Shown here: piece after piece, positions 1-7,517 of the stretch
Numbering within the stretch: position 1 is the stretch's first letter
How the letters are laid out: each line of letters starts with the position of its first letter
Source of the DNA: an uncultured archaeon
Lineage (GTDB): Archaea > Altiarchaeota > Altiarchaeia > IMC4 > SCGC-AAA252-I15
Assembly (NCBI GenBank): GCA_964587725.1
Contig: CAZPLO010000021.1
Span: 1 to 21,061 of the forward strand
Length of the DNA stretch: 21,061 nt
Direction of reading: 5' to 3'
Program-made: the position numbers and the translations under genes
Notes under the pieces: generated by a model
Databases searched by the model: none
Told to the model about the DNA's origin: nothing
Seen by the model: only the letters and a program-made list of their open reading frames with translations

Positions 1-210
1 TCAAAGAATAGGATTCTAAGCAAGCATTAACTCCATCTTACTTATTTTCCTAATTGAAAAAATTATGATATCAAGCACGCCACTTGATTCTTCCCTAAAA
101 TCGAAGAGATTAAAACACTGTGCTTGATTCTTCAAAACTAGAAAATTGGGTCTTGGTGTTGTTCCTTGCCCAGACAGCCAACAGGTACGCCGTGATAAAG
201 GGTAAACACT

Positions 211-230
211 CCCGAAAAGGCTTTTTCGGG
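211..230. repeat. 8-bp inverted repeat / hairpin CCCGAAAA-GGCT-TTTTCGGG
   Basis: Perfect arms at 211-218 and 223-230; function unknown. Confidence 0.45.
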
Positions 231-318
231 CGTAACTGTAATATAGTGAATTACTGTAATAAAAAGGTTGAAAACAGTTTGTAAGGCTTTCTTGGCTTCT
301 ATGGTTTAAATCTAGCAA

Positions 319-645
319 CAGGCTTTGTGGGTCGTATACATCTGGTATTATTGTGTCTGGTTGTATGAATCTTCTTATTGTTTAGTTATATTGACGTGCT
401 CCGTAGTCGTAGAATCCGTAGCTTGATTCCCATTCTTGTGAGGTATATTGCCACATCTCTTCTGAGGTTTGTCGTGGTAGTCCGTACGGCTGGTAGGAGA
501 TGCGTTCTTCCAGACTGCCGTCTTGTTTGGTTATTACTGTTGTGCTTCCTAGGTGGTCCGGGTGGTAATAATACTTGTCTCCTGAAGCATCCTTTCTAGC
601 CAGTAGTTCGTTGTTGCCGTAGACAAAAAACCATTCATCGTATTT
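319..645 (-). pseudogene. RHS repeat-associated core domain fragment (degraded: in-frame stop, no start codon, truncated before the DPxG motif)
   Basis: Manual minus-strand translation: KYDEWFFVYGNNELLARKDASGDKYYYHPDHLGSTTVITKQDGSLEERISYQPYGLPRQTSEEMWQYTSQEWESSYGFYDYGARQYN*TIRRFIQPDTIIPDVYDPQSL. It carries the RHS core motifs YYHxDHLGS, YxPYG, YTxQE, YxYGARxY and RFIQPD. TAA at 382-384; upstream in-frame stop at 646-648. Confidence 0.85.
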
Positions 646-814
646 CTATAGTACTGTATCGTGATTAATAATGTGGCATTAAGTAGCTTATTGTTAATCT
701 GGGTTTCTTCTTCTTGTTGCACGCCCGCATATATTTTATATTGTATTTTACGATTTTTTACTTAATCATATATTATATTTTACGCTTTTATACTAGTATT
801 TCATATATAGTAGC

Positions 815-2104
815 ATGGATGTGGGTATTGGGGCTGCGGTGGAGAAGCAGAATCCATGGTGGTTTGACAGGGATTTTGAGACAGGCATACCAAGGTTAGA
901 CAATTATCCGGAGCTGAAAAAGTTCATGGATGCGCCTGAAGTCTTGCTATTATTGGGTGCTAGGCGCACGGGGAAGTCCACGTTATTGTATCAGCTTATC
1001 AAAAGCCTTTTGGATGAAAATACCCTTTCAGAAGCTATACTTTTCGTGAACCTTGATGAGCCTTTGTTTCAAAGCCGCGCCAAAGACCCTGGGTTTCTGG
1101 GAGAGCTTGTTGAATACTACCTCACAAAAGCAGGCGACCCCAAGAGGTTTTATGTCTTCATAGATGAGGTTCAAAACAACGAGTACTGGGCCCAGACAGT
1201 GAAGACTGTTTACGACACGCAGAAGAAAGTCAAGATAATACTCTCCGGCTCAACCTCCGCACTCCTGAAGGGAGAAGGCGGCACCAGATTGTCTGGCAGA
1301 TACTTCCACAGCATACTATACCCACTGTCCTTCAAGGAGTTCCTGGAATTCAAAAAAATCAAGAAGCCGACGATAACGGAAAAGAACCTGTTGTTTGAAG
1401 AGTACTTGAAATATGGGGCATTCCCGAGAGTAGTCTTGGAAACAAAGCCTGAGCTTAAACAGGAATTATTGAAAAACTACTTCCAAACGATATACCTGAA
1501 AGACATCGTTTACCCGCACAAGATAAGAAACAACAAGGAAGTATTCGACCTGCTGTATTTCATATTGTCAAACGTTGGAAAGATGTTCTCATACACGAAC
1601 ATAGCCAAGTCATTGGGGATAACCACCCCGACCGTCAAGGAGTACATGAACTACGCGGAAGACTCATACCTTCTCCATACCATAACCAAGTACGACAAGT
1701 CTGTGAAGAAGCAGATGGCCAACCCGAAAAAAACATACTGCATAGACACAGGCATGGCAAACTCAGTGTCCTTCCGATTTTTAGAGGACAAAGGACGACT
1801 CCTGGAAAACCTAGTCTACCTAGCCCTCAAAAGAAAACACGAGGACATATACTACCACAAAGACAGGTACGAATGCGACTTCCTCATAAAAGAAAAACTC
1901 AAGATAACACAGGCCATACAGGTAACACTAACCCTCAAAGACCAGGAAACCGAAAAGAGAGAGACAAGAGGAGTAATGGAAGCATTGGAAAAACACAGGC
2001 TGGACGAGGGATTGATAATCACGGCCAACGAAAGCAAAACACTAACAATCGACGGGAAAAAAATCATAGTAAAACCAGCCCCAGAATGGCTACTGGAAGA
2101 CTAA
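815..2104 (+). CDS. AAA+ superfamily ATP-binding protein (COG1373-like; AAA_14 + DUF4143, C-terminal PD-(D/E)xK-like region)
   Basis: N-terminal QNPWW, Walker A GARRTGKS, Walker B FIDEVQ, SGS, LSGR, YLKYGAFP, KxYCIDTG, GRLLEN, ECDF..AIQV; 429 aa. Confidence 0.9.
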   Translation: MDVGIGAAVEKQNPWWFDRDFETGIPRLDNYPELKKFMDAPEVLLLLGARRTGKSTLLYQLIKSLLDENTLSEAILFVNLDEPLFQSRAKDPGFLGELVEYYLTKAGDPKRFYVFIDEVQNNEYWAQTVKTVYDTQKKVKIILSGSTSALLKGEGGTRLSGRYFHSILYPLSFKEFLEFKKIKKPTITEKNLLFEEYLKYGAFPRVVLETKPELKQELLKNYFQTIYLKDIVYPHKIRNNKEVFDLLYFILSNVGKMFSYTNIAKSLGITTPTVKEYMNYAEDSYLLHTITKYDKSVKKQMANPKKTYCIDTGMANSVSFRFLEDKGRLLENLVYLALKRKHEDIYYHKDRYECDFLIKEKLKITQAIQVTLTLKDQETEKRETRGVMEALEKHRLDEGLIITANESKTLTIDGKKIIVKPAPEWLLED

Positions 2105-2250
2105 GAATAGGCAGTCCAGAAACATCTTGCGACACAATCGATATTATTGGAATGATTTACTACACCCTGTCGTATAATGCAGTGATTTCATAGGGGTTTA
2201 CTACAGGTTGAAACCGGATGATTCTTAAGTCCTGTTTTGTTAATGAATAT

Positions 2251-3015
2251 ATGCTTGGGAGGATCTCCATTGCATTGGCTGTTGGCTTGCTCGCCGGCGT
2301 TCTCTCAGGGTCTTTTGGCGTAGGCGGGGCGTCGGTTACCACGCCGTTGATGCGGATTCTGCTTAACGTCCCAGGCCACATCGCCCTAGGCACACCCCTC
2401 CCGCTTGTGCTGCCGTCGGCCCTCACTGGCGCCTGGGTCTTCTACCATAAAGGCCTCATAAAATTCAAGACCACAATAACGTGCGGGCTCTCTGGGTCGT
2501 TGTTTTCCGTGTTGGGCGCCCTATATACTGTGGAGTTTTCAAGCAAGACGCTGATGCTTCTGACATCGGGTCTGCTTATCCTGTTCTCAGTCATGCTCTA
2601 CCGGGACAGGAAAAACGAAGCCGAAGCTGAGATACTATCCCTAGAGTCCAAGGCCGTTAGGGCGGTGGGGGTCGGCGCAGTCTCAGGTTTCGTATCCGGC
2701 TTCCTCGGCATAGGCGGAGGCTTCATACTCGTGCCCCTCCTCGTCATGGTACTAAAGGTGCCGTTGCACAAGAGCATAGCCTCATCGCTCGCCATCATAG
2801 CAGTCTACGCCGTACCTGGTTCAGTAACCCACTTCATGCTCGGCCACATAGACCTATCGCTGATGAGCCTCCTCCTCGCCGGCCAGGTAGCGGGTGCGTA
2901 CGTCGGAGCCAGGAACACGGTCAAAATGGACGAAGAAAAACTGAAGAACCTAATCATCCTCTTCCTACTCCTCGTTGGAATCAGCCTGGCAGCATTCGAA
3001 ACCCTCACCCCATAA
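2251..3015 (+). CDS. Sulfite exporter TauE/SafE family membrane protein
   Basis: Two internal repeats of the G-x-x-S-G-x-x-G-(V/I)-G-G motif (SGSFGVGGA, SGFLGIGGG), about 8 hydrophobic helices, AxG(T/S)SL-like motifs. Start moved from 2218 to ATG 2251 because a TATA-like TTCTTAAG lies at 2222-2229. Confidence 0.88.
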   Translation: MLGRISIALAVGLLAGVLSGSFGVGGASVTTPLMRILLNVPGHIALGTPLPLVLPSALTGAWVFYHKGLIKFKTTITCGLSGSLFSVLGALYTVEFSSKTLMLLTSGLLILFSVMLYRDRKNEAEAEILSLESKAVRAVGVGAVSGFVSGFLGIGGGFILVPLLVMVLKVPLHKSIASSLAIIAVYAVPGSVTHFMLGHIDLSLMSLLLAGQVAGAYVGARNTVKMDEEKLKNLIILFLLLVGISLAAFETLTP

Positions 3016-3221
3016 CCCGGGATACCCTAAAAAACGGGTCATGGATAAGTTTTTCAGCTAGCATTTCTTGCTGTTTGCGGCCAGCGGCATGTAGTTGTCG
3101 ATAACGTATTTCGGGTACTCCCTCATGGTCTTGTCTGCATCGATTGCATGGGTATTTAGGCCGTAAATGGTGGTTTAAGACCTGTGGAATAGGGAAACAA
3201 AAGAAACAACGCGCGGTTATT

Positions 3222-3443
3222 TTACAGCATGAGGTTGGCTGCCACGTGAGCTATCACGGATAGTATTAAGGCGTACCAGATGAGGCAGTGGTGTTTGTAG
3301 ATTTTTTCCATGAAGGTGTTGTTGCCCATGAGCTTCTTCACCACCGGCCATATGCCTATGCACCTGCACGTAATCAGTATGGCCGCGAACAATAGCAGGT
3401 TCAGGTAGCCTGTGTAGATTATCACGTCGTACAGTTGCACCAT
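3222..3443 (-). CDS. Small two-helix membrane protein with TCRC and YKHHC...H motifs
   Basis: 73 aa, two hydrophobic segments, ATG about 22 nt downstream of minus-strand TATTTAAA (3472-3465), fills an intergenic gap. Confidence 0.75.
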   Translation of the reverse strand: MVQLYDVIIYTGYLNLLLFAAILITCRCIGIWPVVKKLMGNNTFMEKIYKHHCLIWYALILSVIAHVAANLML

Positions 3444-3507
3444 GGATTACTCATTGGAGCCGCCTTTAAATACGGTAATCTTTAACCTGCGATCCCCATT
3501 ATCTTAT

Positions 3508-3999
3508 ATGAGGGCTTCTGTCCTGCTGTTGGTGTTGCTGGCTGCGTCTGCATCTGCAGCACCCTTAGATGTTTCGACCACGGTGAACGGAGTTGACCCC
3601 ACCGTCTCCGCAGCTTCTGTCACTCCTGGGGAGGCGGCGGAGGTGCGGATACACGTGAACACCACCTCGGAGTACGTGTACGTGGTGAACGTGGTTTTCA
3701 AGTCGGAGCCGGAGGTGCTGGGGACCGTCTTAAACGACTTCGTCAAAGAAAACACGGAACTGCCTCGGCGCCTGTGGAATACGGAATACGTGGACTTCTA
3801 CGAACTACCCGGCGTACTGCCGGCCGGCGAATACGATGTGCAGGCGGACGTGTACTACAGCGGAGACGAAACAGGGTCTGTGACATACGAGGGCACAATA
3901 AACGTGGAGTCCACGGGCATAATATCGGGGGTGCTGGGGTTCCTCGTCCACACCCTACCCGGATTCATCAGCGAACCCCTGGCTGGTTTGTTCATCTGA
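3508..3999 (+). CDS. Secreted/surface protein with signal peptide, beta-rich (Ig-like) domain and C-terminal hydrophobic anchor
   Basis: MRASVLLLVLLAASASA is a Sec-type signal peptide; PAGEYDVQADVYY is a beta-sandwich-like motif; hydrophobic C-terminus. Start moved from 3442, which would overlap the divergent gene. Confidence 0.75.
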   Translation: MRASVLLLVLLAASASAAPLDVSTTVNGVDPTVSAASVTPGEAAEVRIHVNTTSEYVYVVNVVFKSEPEVLGTVLNDFVKENTELPRRLWNTEYVDFYELPGVLPAGEYDVQADVYYSGDETGSVTYEGTINVESTGIISGVLGFLVHTLPGFISEPLAGLFI

Positions 4000-4009
4000 C
4001 GGCTGCAAA

Positions 4010-4912
4010 ATGGTCTATGGCATGACGCTTTTGGAGAACTCCTCGCTGGTGTTCACGGCCGCCATAGTCCTGGCTTTGGCTGGGCCGTCTCTCGCCGGCG
4101 ACCTTCAACCGTTCATCGTGCCCGCGTTGATAGTGTCCATGACACTGTCGATGCGGGAGGTGGATGTGGGTTTGGAGGGGGTTAAACGCAGCTCCAAACC
4201 ACTGCTGTATTCGCTGCTCCTGAACTACGTGTTCCTCACCGGACTCATACTGCTGTCAGCGTACCTGCTGGTGGACGACCCCGCATACCTGATGGGGTTC
4301 GTGGTGATGGCCGCGATACCCCCTGCTGTGGCTGTGGTGCCGTTCGCCTACCTCCTAGGCGGGGACTTCCAGGCCGCCGCGTACGCGCAGCTGGCGTGCT
4401 ACGGAGCCTCCCTCCTCACCGCCCCCGCACTGACTCTGTTGTTCCTGGGAGTGCAAGTGGACGTTGCAGCGCTCATGGAACTGTTGTTCCTGGTGATAAT
4501 ACTCCCTCTCATGTTGTCGCGTGCGGCCGCGAAAATGAAAGACCGGTTTTTCGTCCACGACCGGAAGATAGTGAACCTGTGTTTCTTCCTCATAACATAC
4601 AGTATCATCGGCTTGAATCAGGAGACTCTGGTCTCGGACACGCTGTCGCTCGCCCCGGTACTGCTGGTGCTCCTGTTGAGGACCTACGGCGCAGCCACCG
4701 TCATATACTTCACCCATCGGAACCGGGTGGCTGTGGAACGGAACATCGTCTACACGCTGTTCGGCTCCTACAAGAACGGCGGCATGGCGGCCGCCGTCGC
4801 CCTAACCCTCTTGGGGTCTAGGGCGGCGCTGCCCGCCGGCGTGTCCGCGTTGTTCGAGATGAGCATGATAGTCTACCTGCAGAGGATACTCTATAGAAAA
4901 ATAGGGGGGTGA
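4010..4912 (+). CDS. Bile acid:sodium symporter (BASS/SBF) family transporter
   Basis: About 9-10 hydrophobic helices; GFVVMAAIPPAVA (P-x-A motif), LGGD, GSYKNGGMAAAVA and AALP match BASS motifs. Alternative start at 4022. Confidence 0.82.
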   Translation: MVYGMTLLENSSLVFTAAIVLALAGPSLAGDLQPFIVPALIVSMTLSMREVDVGLEGVKRSSKPLLYSLLLNYVFLTGLILLSAYLLVDDPAYLMGFVVMAAIPPAVAVVPFAYLLGGDFQAAAYAQLACYGASLLTAPALTLLFLGVQVDVAALMELLFLVIILPLMLSRAAAKMKDRFFVHDRKIVNLCFFLITYSIIGLNQETLVSDTLSLAPVLLVLLLRTYGAATVIYFTHRNRVAVERNIVYTLFGSYKNGGMAAAVALTLLGSRAALPAGVSALFEMSMIVYLQRILYRKIGG

Positions 4913-4943
4913 TTCGCCCCCTAAAAACCTGTCCTTTTTTTTT
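4902..4943. terminator. Probable bidirectional terminator: TAGGGGG/CCCCCTA hairpin plus oligo-T tracts
   Basis: Stem 4902-4908/4917-4923; T9 run at 4935-4943 on plus; A5 at 4897-4901 gives a T-run on minus directly after the stem. Confidence 0.55.
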
Positions 4944-4965
4944 AGCAGCAGCCGGGCCCGAACAT
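4942..4965 (-). CDS. Putative micropeptide MFGPGCC (7 aa)
   Basis: ATG TTC GGG CCC GGC TGC TGC TAA, with SD GGGGGTGA 6 nt upstream (4979-4972) and BRE/TATA GAAACTTTTAAG (5013-5002). Confidence 0.45.
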   Translation of the reverse strand: MFGPGCC

Positions 4966-5001
4966 TCCAATTCACCCCCGTATTTAGTAGAGTCGTGCTC
5001 C

Positions 5002-5050
5002 CTTAAAAGTTTCAGGTATCCTCTTGGATACCGGGTGCGTGTTTCTTAAC
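5002..5050. promoter_or_regulatory. Divergent archaeal promoters with central palindrome GGTATCC-TCTT-GGATACC
   Basis: Minus-strand GAAACTTTTAAG (5013-5002); plus-strand TTCTTAAC (5043-5050) about 22 nt before ATG 5073; perfect 7-4-7 inverted repeat at 5015-5032 between them. Confidence 0.55.
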
Positions 5051-5072
5051 CGCGTGCACGTAATACTCTAAC

Positions 5073-5564
5073 ATGGGGAATCCGAAGCCTAAGCCGCCGT
5101 CCAGCGCCGGACTGCCTGCGGCGGAAAGCCTGTGGCTGCCCCCCCACTACGGCGCCGAACTGAAGAAGAAGGGGGGGTTGGACAAGACCGTGTACTGGAC
5201 GGTGTCCGAGGTGGTGGACTTCATCTTCCCACGCAAATACCAGCCCACCTACCACCAGGTCGCGTGCGATTTGTTGGATATGGTGTTGGAGCGGGACTGG
5301 GTGACCAAGAAAGACATCCGCGAATTCCTTGGGCAAAAAGGCCACAGCAGAAGCACGTTGGAGAACAAGGTGATTCCGAAGCTTGTGCGTTTCGGCCTGC
5401 TGAAACGTGAGCGGGAGATCACCGCAGGCCTCGGGAAAGGCCGCGCACTCATACTCTCGGATTCGCTGACATTCAGCAACTACCTCGAAAGAATAGGGTT
5501 CGCCTGGAACATGCTCGTGTCCACCAGCAGAAAAAAGAAGGTGAAGGGCTCAGACGTCTCTTAG
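5073..5564 (+). CDS. Conserved archaeal hypothetical protein with winged-helix-like C-terminal half
   Basis: TKKDIREFLGQKGHSRSTLENKVIPKLVRFGLLKRER fits an HTH plus wing pattern; GC3-rich codon usage; TATA upstream. Confidence 0.75.
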   Translation: MGNPKPKPPSSAGLPAAESLWLPPHYGAELKKKGGLDKTVYWTVSEVVDFIFPRKYQPTYHQVACDLLDMVLERDWVTKKDIREFLGQKGHSRSTLENKVIPKLVRFGLLKREREITAGLGKGRALILSDSLTFSNYLERIGFAWNMLVSTSRKKKVKGSDVS

Positions 5565-5833
5565 AGTTTGTCTTCCAGTTCCTGCAGATATTCCCGCATC
5601 TCCTGTGTTTTGCGCGGGTTAAGTGAAACATGGACTCCGTAGTGTTTTTTCTTCGTAATCAGGAGTCCCTTGTTCGCCAGTTTGTTTATGGCCTTCAATA
5701 TTGTTTTCTTGTGTTCCGGTGGCGTGCCTTTGGGGATGTTTTCGGAAAGTGTTTGGTGAGCTCCAAAGTATCTTTTCCGGCTTAGATAGTCGATTACGTA
5801 GACCTGAGCCGCTATAACCGAAAATTTTTGCAT
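5561..5833 (-). CDS. Small basic winged-helix-like hypothetical protein
   Basis: 90 aa, Lys-rich; RYFGAHQT..ENIPKG.P...KAINKLANKGLL...YGVHVSLNP resembles a small archaeal family; lower GC than neighbours. Confidence 0.7.
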   Translation of the reverse strand: MQKFSVIAAQVYVIDYLSRKRYFGAHQTLSENIPKGTPPEHKKTILKAINKLANKGLLITKKKHYGVHVSLNPRKTQEMREYLQELEDKL

Positions 5834-5896
5834 GATTTATATTAATTTTTTGCATATTTAAGGGGCGGGTGTATAGTACATAACTGAGGGTTCATC

Positions 5897-6208
5897 ATGG
5901 CTTTGACACACATATTCGGCGACCGACCGATTCCAAAGACCCTGGATTTTCTGTTGGTGAACCAGTTCTGGGACTATAGCCTGAAAGACATTAGCGTGGA
6001 AGCCGGCGTCAGCTACCGCACAGCCCATGCCGTCATCCAGTCTTTGATGGAACAGAATCTTGTAGTAAACACCCGCTCCGAAGGCAAGGCTAAAATGTAC
6101 CAGATAAACAGGGAAAACAATGTCGTCAAAGAACTTCAGCGCATTGCACGTGAAAACGACCTGGAATACGCTGAGGGACTGGCTGAAGCACAAGCTAATC
6201 CGAACTAA
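5897..6208 (+). CDS. ArsR-like winged-helix transcriptional regulator
   Basis: FGD.P..KTLDFLL...DYSLKDISVEAGVSYRT...L.EQNLV..TRSEGKAKMYQIN fits a wHTH pattern; TATTTAAG about 33 nt upstream, GAGGG SD. Confidence 0.8.
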   Translation: MALTHIFGDRPIPKTLDFLLVNQFWDYSLKDISVEAGVSYRTAHAVIQSLMEQNLVVNTRSEGKAKMYQINRENNVVKELQRIARENDLEYAEGLAEAQANPN

Positions 6209-6211
6209 ACG

Positions 6212-6964
6212 TCAGAAGCCCTTAACTTTCACGCCAGTTCCTTCTACGAACTCTATGGTGTTGATGTTTTCGTTGTGTTTCGTCGACCTCATTTTTTTGA
6301 TGATGAGGTGTCTGCCGGCGTCCGGACCCACCGCATTATAGTGTAGGGTGATGACGCCGTCAACCATGTATTCTTCGATGCCGTGTTTGCTCAGTTGTCT
6401 GTCGCCGACGATGTCGCTTATCAGTATCGACGTCAACTCCATGCTCTGGAGTTTGTAGTTTATGCCCAGGATAGCCCGCCTAACGTCCTCCTTCAGCCCT
6501 AGGCCTACATGGCTTTTCTTGCTCTCCAGCAGGCTGTCGAGGGCGCTGAAGCTGTCCACCACCGCCCTTTTAGCGCCGATTTCTTCGGCGGTGTCGTTTA
6601 TCATGGCGGTGATGCTGTCGAGGCTGAACTGCTCCGGAGTCAGCTTGTATCTGCTGTCGTCCTTGAACGCCATCCCCGACAGGCTCGCGTCTACTATTAT
6701 CAGTTTGCCGTCGTCCTCCAGTTTCTGCAGGTCCAGTCCGATGGCGGCCATGTCCTGTTTCAGCAGCTTCGGCGTCTGCTCCAGACTCACGTACACGCCG
6801 GGTTCATCGTATTCCAGTGCTCCGTTGACCAGGAACTGCGCAGACAGTATGCTTTTGCCGGTGCCGCAGTCGCCCGCCAACAGTACCACCCGGCCCCGGG
6901 GGAACCCCCCGTCCAACAGCTCGTCAAATCCCTCTATGCCCGTGGGGCAGCGTTCAACCTCCAT
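6212..6964 (-). CDS. Single-domain KaiC/RAD55-family RecA-superfamily ATPase
   Basis: RCPTGIEGFDELLDGGFP, Walker A GDCGTGKS, YVSLEQ, Walker B AVVDS, EEYMVDGVITL, IKKMRSTKH. Start ATG 6964 (alternative GTG 6973). Confidence 0.9.
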   Translation of the reverse strand: MEVERCPTGIEGFDELLDGGFPRGRVVLLAGDCGTGKSILSAQFLVNGALEYDEPGVYVSLEQTPKLLKQDMAAIGLDLQKLEDDGKLIIVDASLSGMAFKDDSRYKLTPEQFSLDSITAMINDTAEEIGAKRAVVDSFSALDSLLESKKSHVGLGLKEDVRRAILGINYKLQSMELTSILISDIVGDRQLSKHGIEEYMVDGVITLHYNAVGPDAGRHLIIKKMRSTKHNENINTIEFVEGTGVKVKGF

Positions 6965-7517
6965 CTCCTTCACCCTTGAGTTTCCTGATTTTAGCCTCCA
7001 ATTCGATGAGCTTCTTCTGGTATTCCTCCGTGATGTCGCTGAAGCTCTTCTCGTCGATTGCGCGGGTATGGTATTTCGCCTTCGTCAACTCTATCATACC
7101 CTCTATCTCCTGCTTCTCATCCAGCAGCTTCTTCAGTTCCGCATTCTCCGCCACACCCATGTGGCCGAGGCGGTCCCAGTACTCCTTCCGCAGCCCGTCC
7201 GACTCCCTCATAACGTGGGCGGACTCCCCCGCCTTCCTTATCTCGGACGCTGTTTTCTCGTCGACTGCCGCCTGAGCCTCAATCCTGTGTTTCTCCAGTT
7301 CATCACGGCACGTCTGAACCTCACCCCGAAGCTTCTTCAAAATGGCTTTCTCCCGGGCAATCTGAGCCTCCAAACCCCGTTTCCCGCGGGTGAGGTTGTG
7401 GCTGTACAGCAGCGACAGTATGCCCAAAGCTAATGCGATGTAGCCGAGGGATTCGACGCCGGACTGGGCGGAGGCGGGCGCAGCCAACAGCAGCAGCAGA
7501 GTCAGCGCCTTCCTCAT
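6954..7517 (-). CDS. Membrane-anchored coiled-coil protein (signal peptide + one TM helix + long charged cytoplasmic helix)
   Basis: MRKALTLLLLLAAPASA signal peptide, LGYIALALGILSLLY TM helix, E/K-rich heptads; overlaps both neighbours (ATGA coupling at 7514-7517). Confidence 0.8.
   Translation of the reverse strand: MRKALTLLLLLAAPASAQSGVESLGYIALALGILSLLYSHNLTRGKRGLEAQIAREKAILKKLRGEVQTCRDELEKHRIEAQAAVDEKTASEIRKAGESAHVMRESDGLRKEYWDRLGHMGVAENAELKKLLDEKQEIEGMIELTKAKYHTRAIDEKSFSDITEEYQKKLIELEAKIRKLKGEGDGG

Noticed and set aside
16-318. 100-aa minus-strand ORF as an RHS C-terminal toxin
   Set aside because: It is in frame with the RHS remnant, but the DPxG junction is missing and it has no recognisable motif, SD or protein-like composition; treated as open frame past the breakpoint.
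378-599. 73-aa plus-strand ORF
   Set aside because: Antisense shadow of the RHS-core fragment.
2156-2205. TTTACTACA direct repeat (2156 and 2197) as an operator or CRISPR remnant
   Set aside because: Only two 9-bp copies in AT-rich DNA; too short for a CRISPR repeat and compatible with chance.
3058-3126. 22-aa minus-strand ORF MREYPKYVIDNYMPLAANSKKC
   Set aside because: No clear SD or promoter and no recognisable motif; possibly a gene remnant, but unsupported.
4942-4965. MFGPGCC as a classical cysteine attenuator leader peptide
   Set aside because: No co-oriented downstream gene to regulate; the downstream minus strand is antisense to the BASS gene.
6212-6964. Circadian clock KaiC, or the recombinase RadA/RadB
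   Set aside because: Single domain, no kaiA/kaiB nearby, no N-terminal RadA HhH domain; the motifs fit the generic archaeal KaiC/RAD55 family.
6462-7433. Long alternative ORFs (6462-7433 +, 9236-9973 +, 11810-12889 -, 18064-19017 - and similar)
   Set aside because: Antisense or off-frame shadows of well-supported GC3-rich genes; no motifs.
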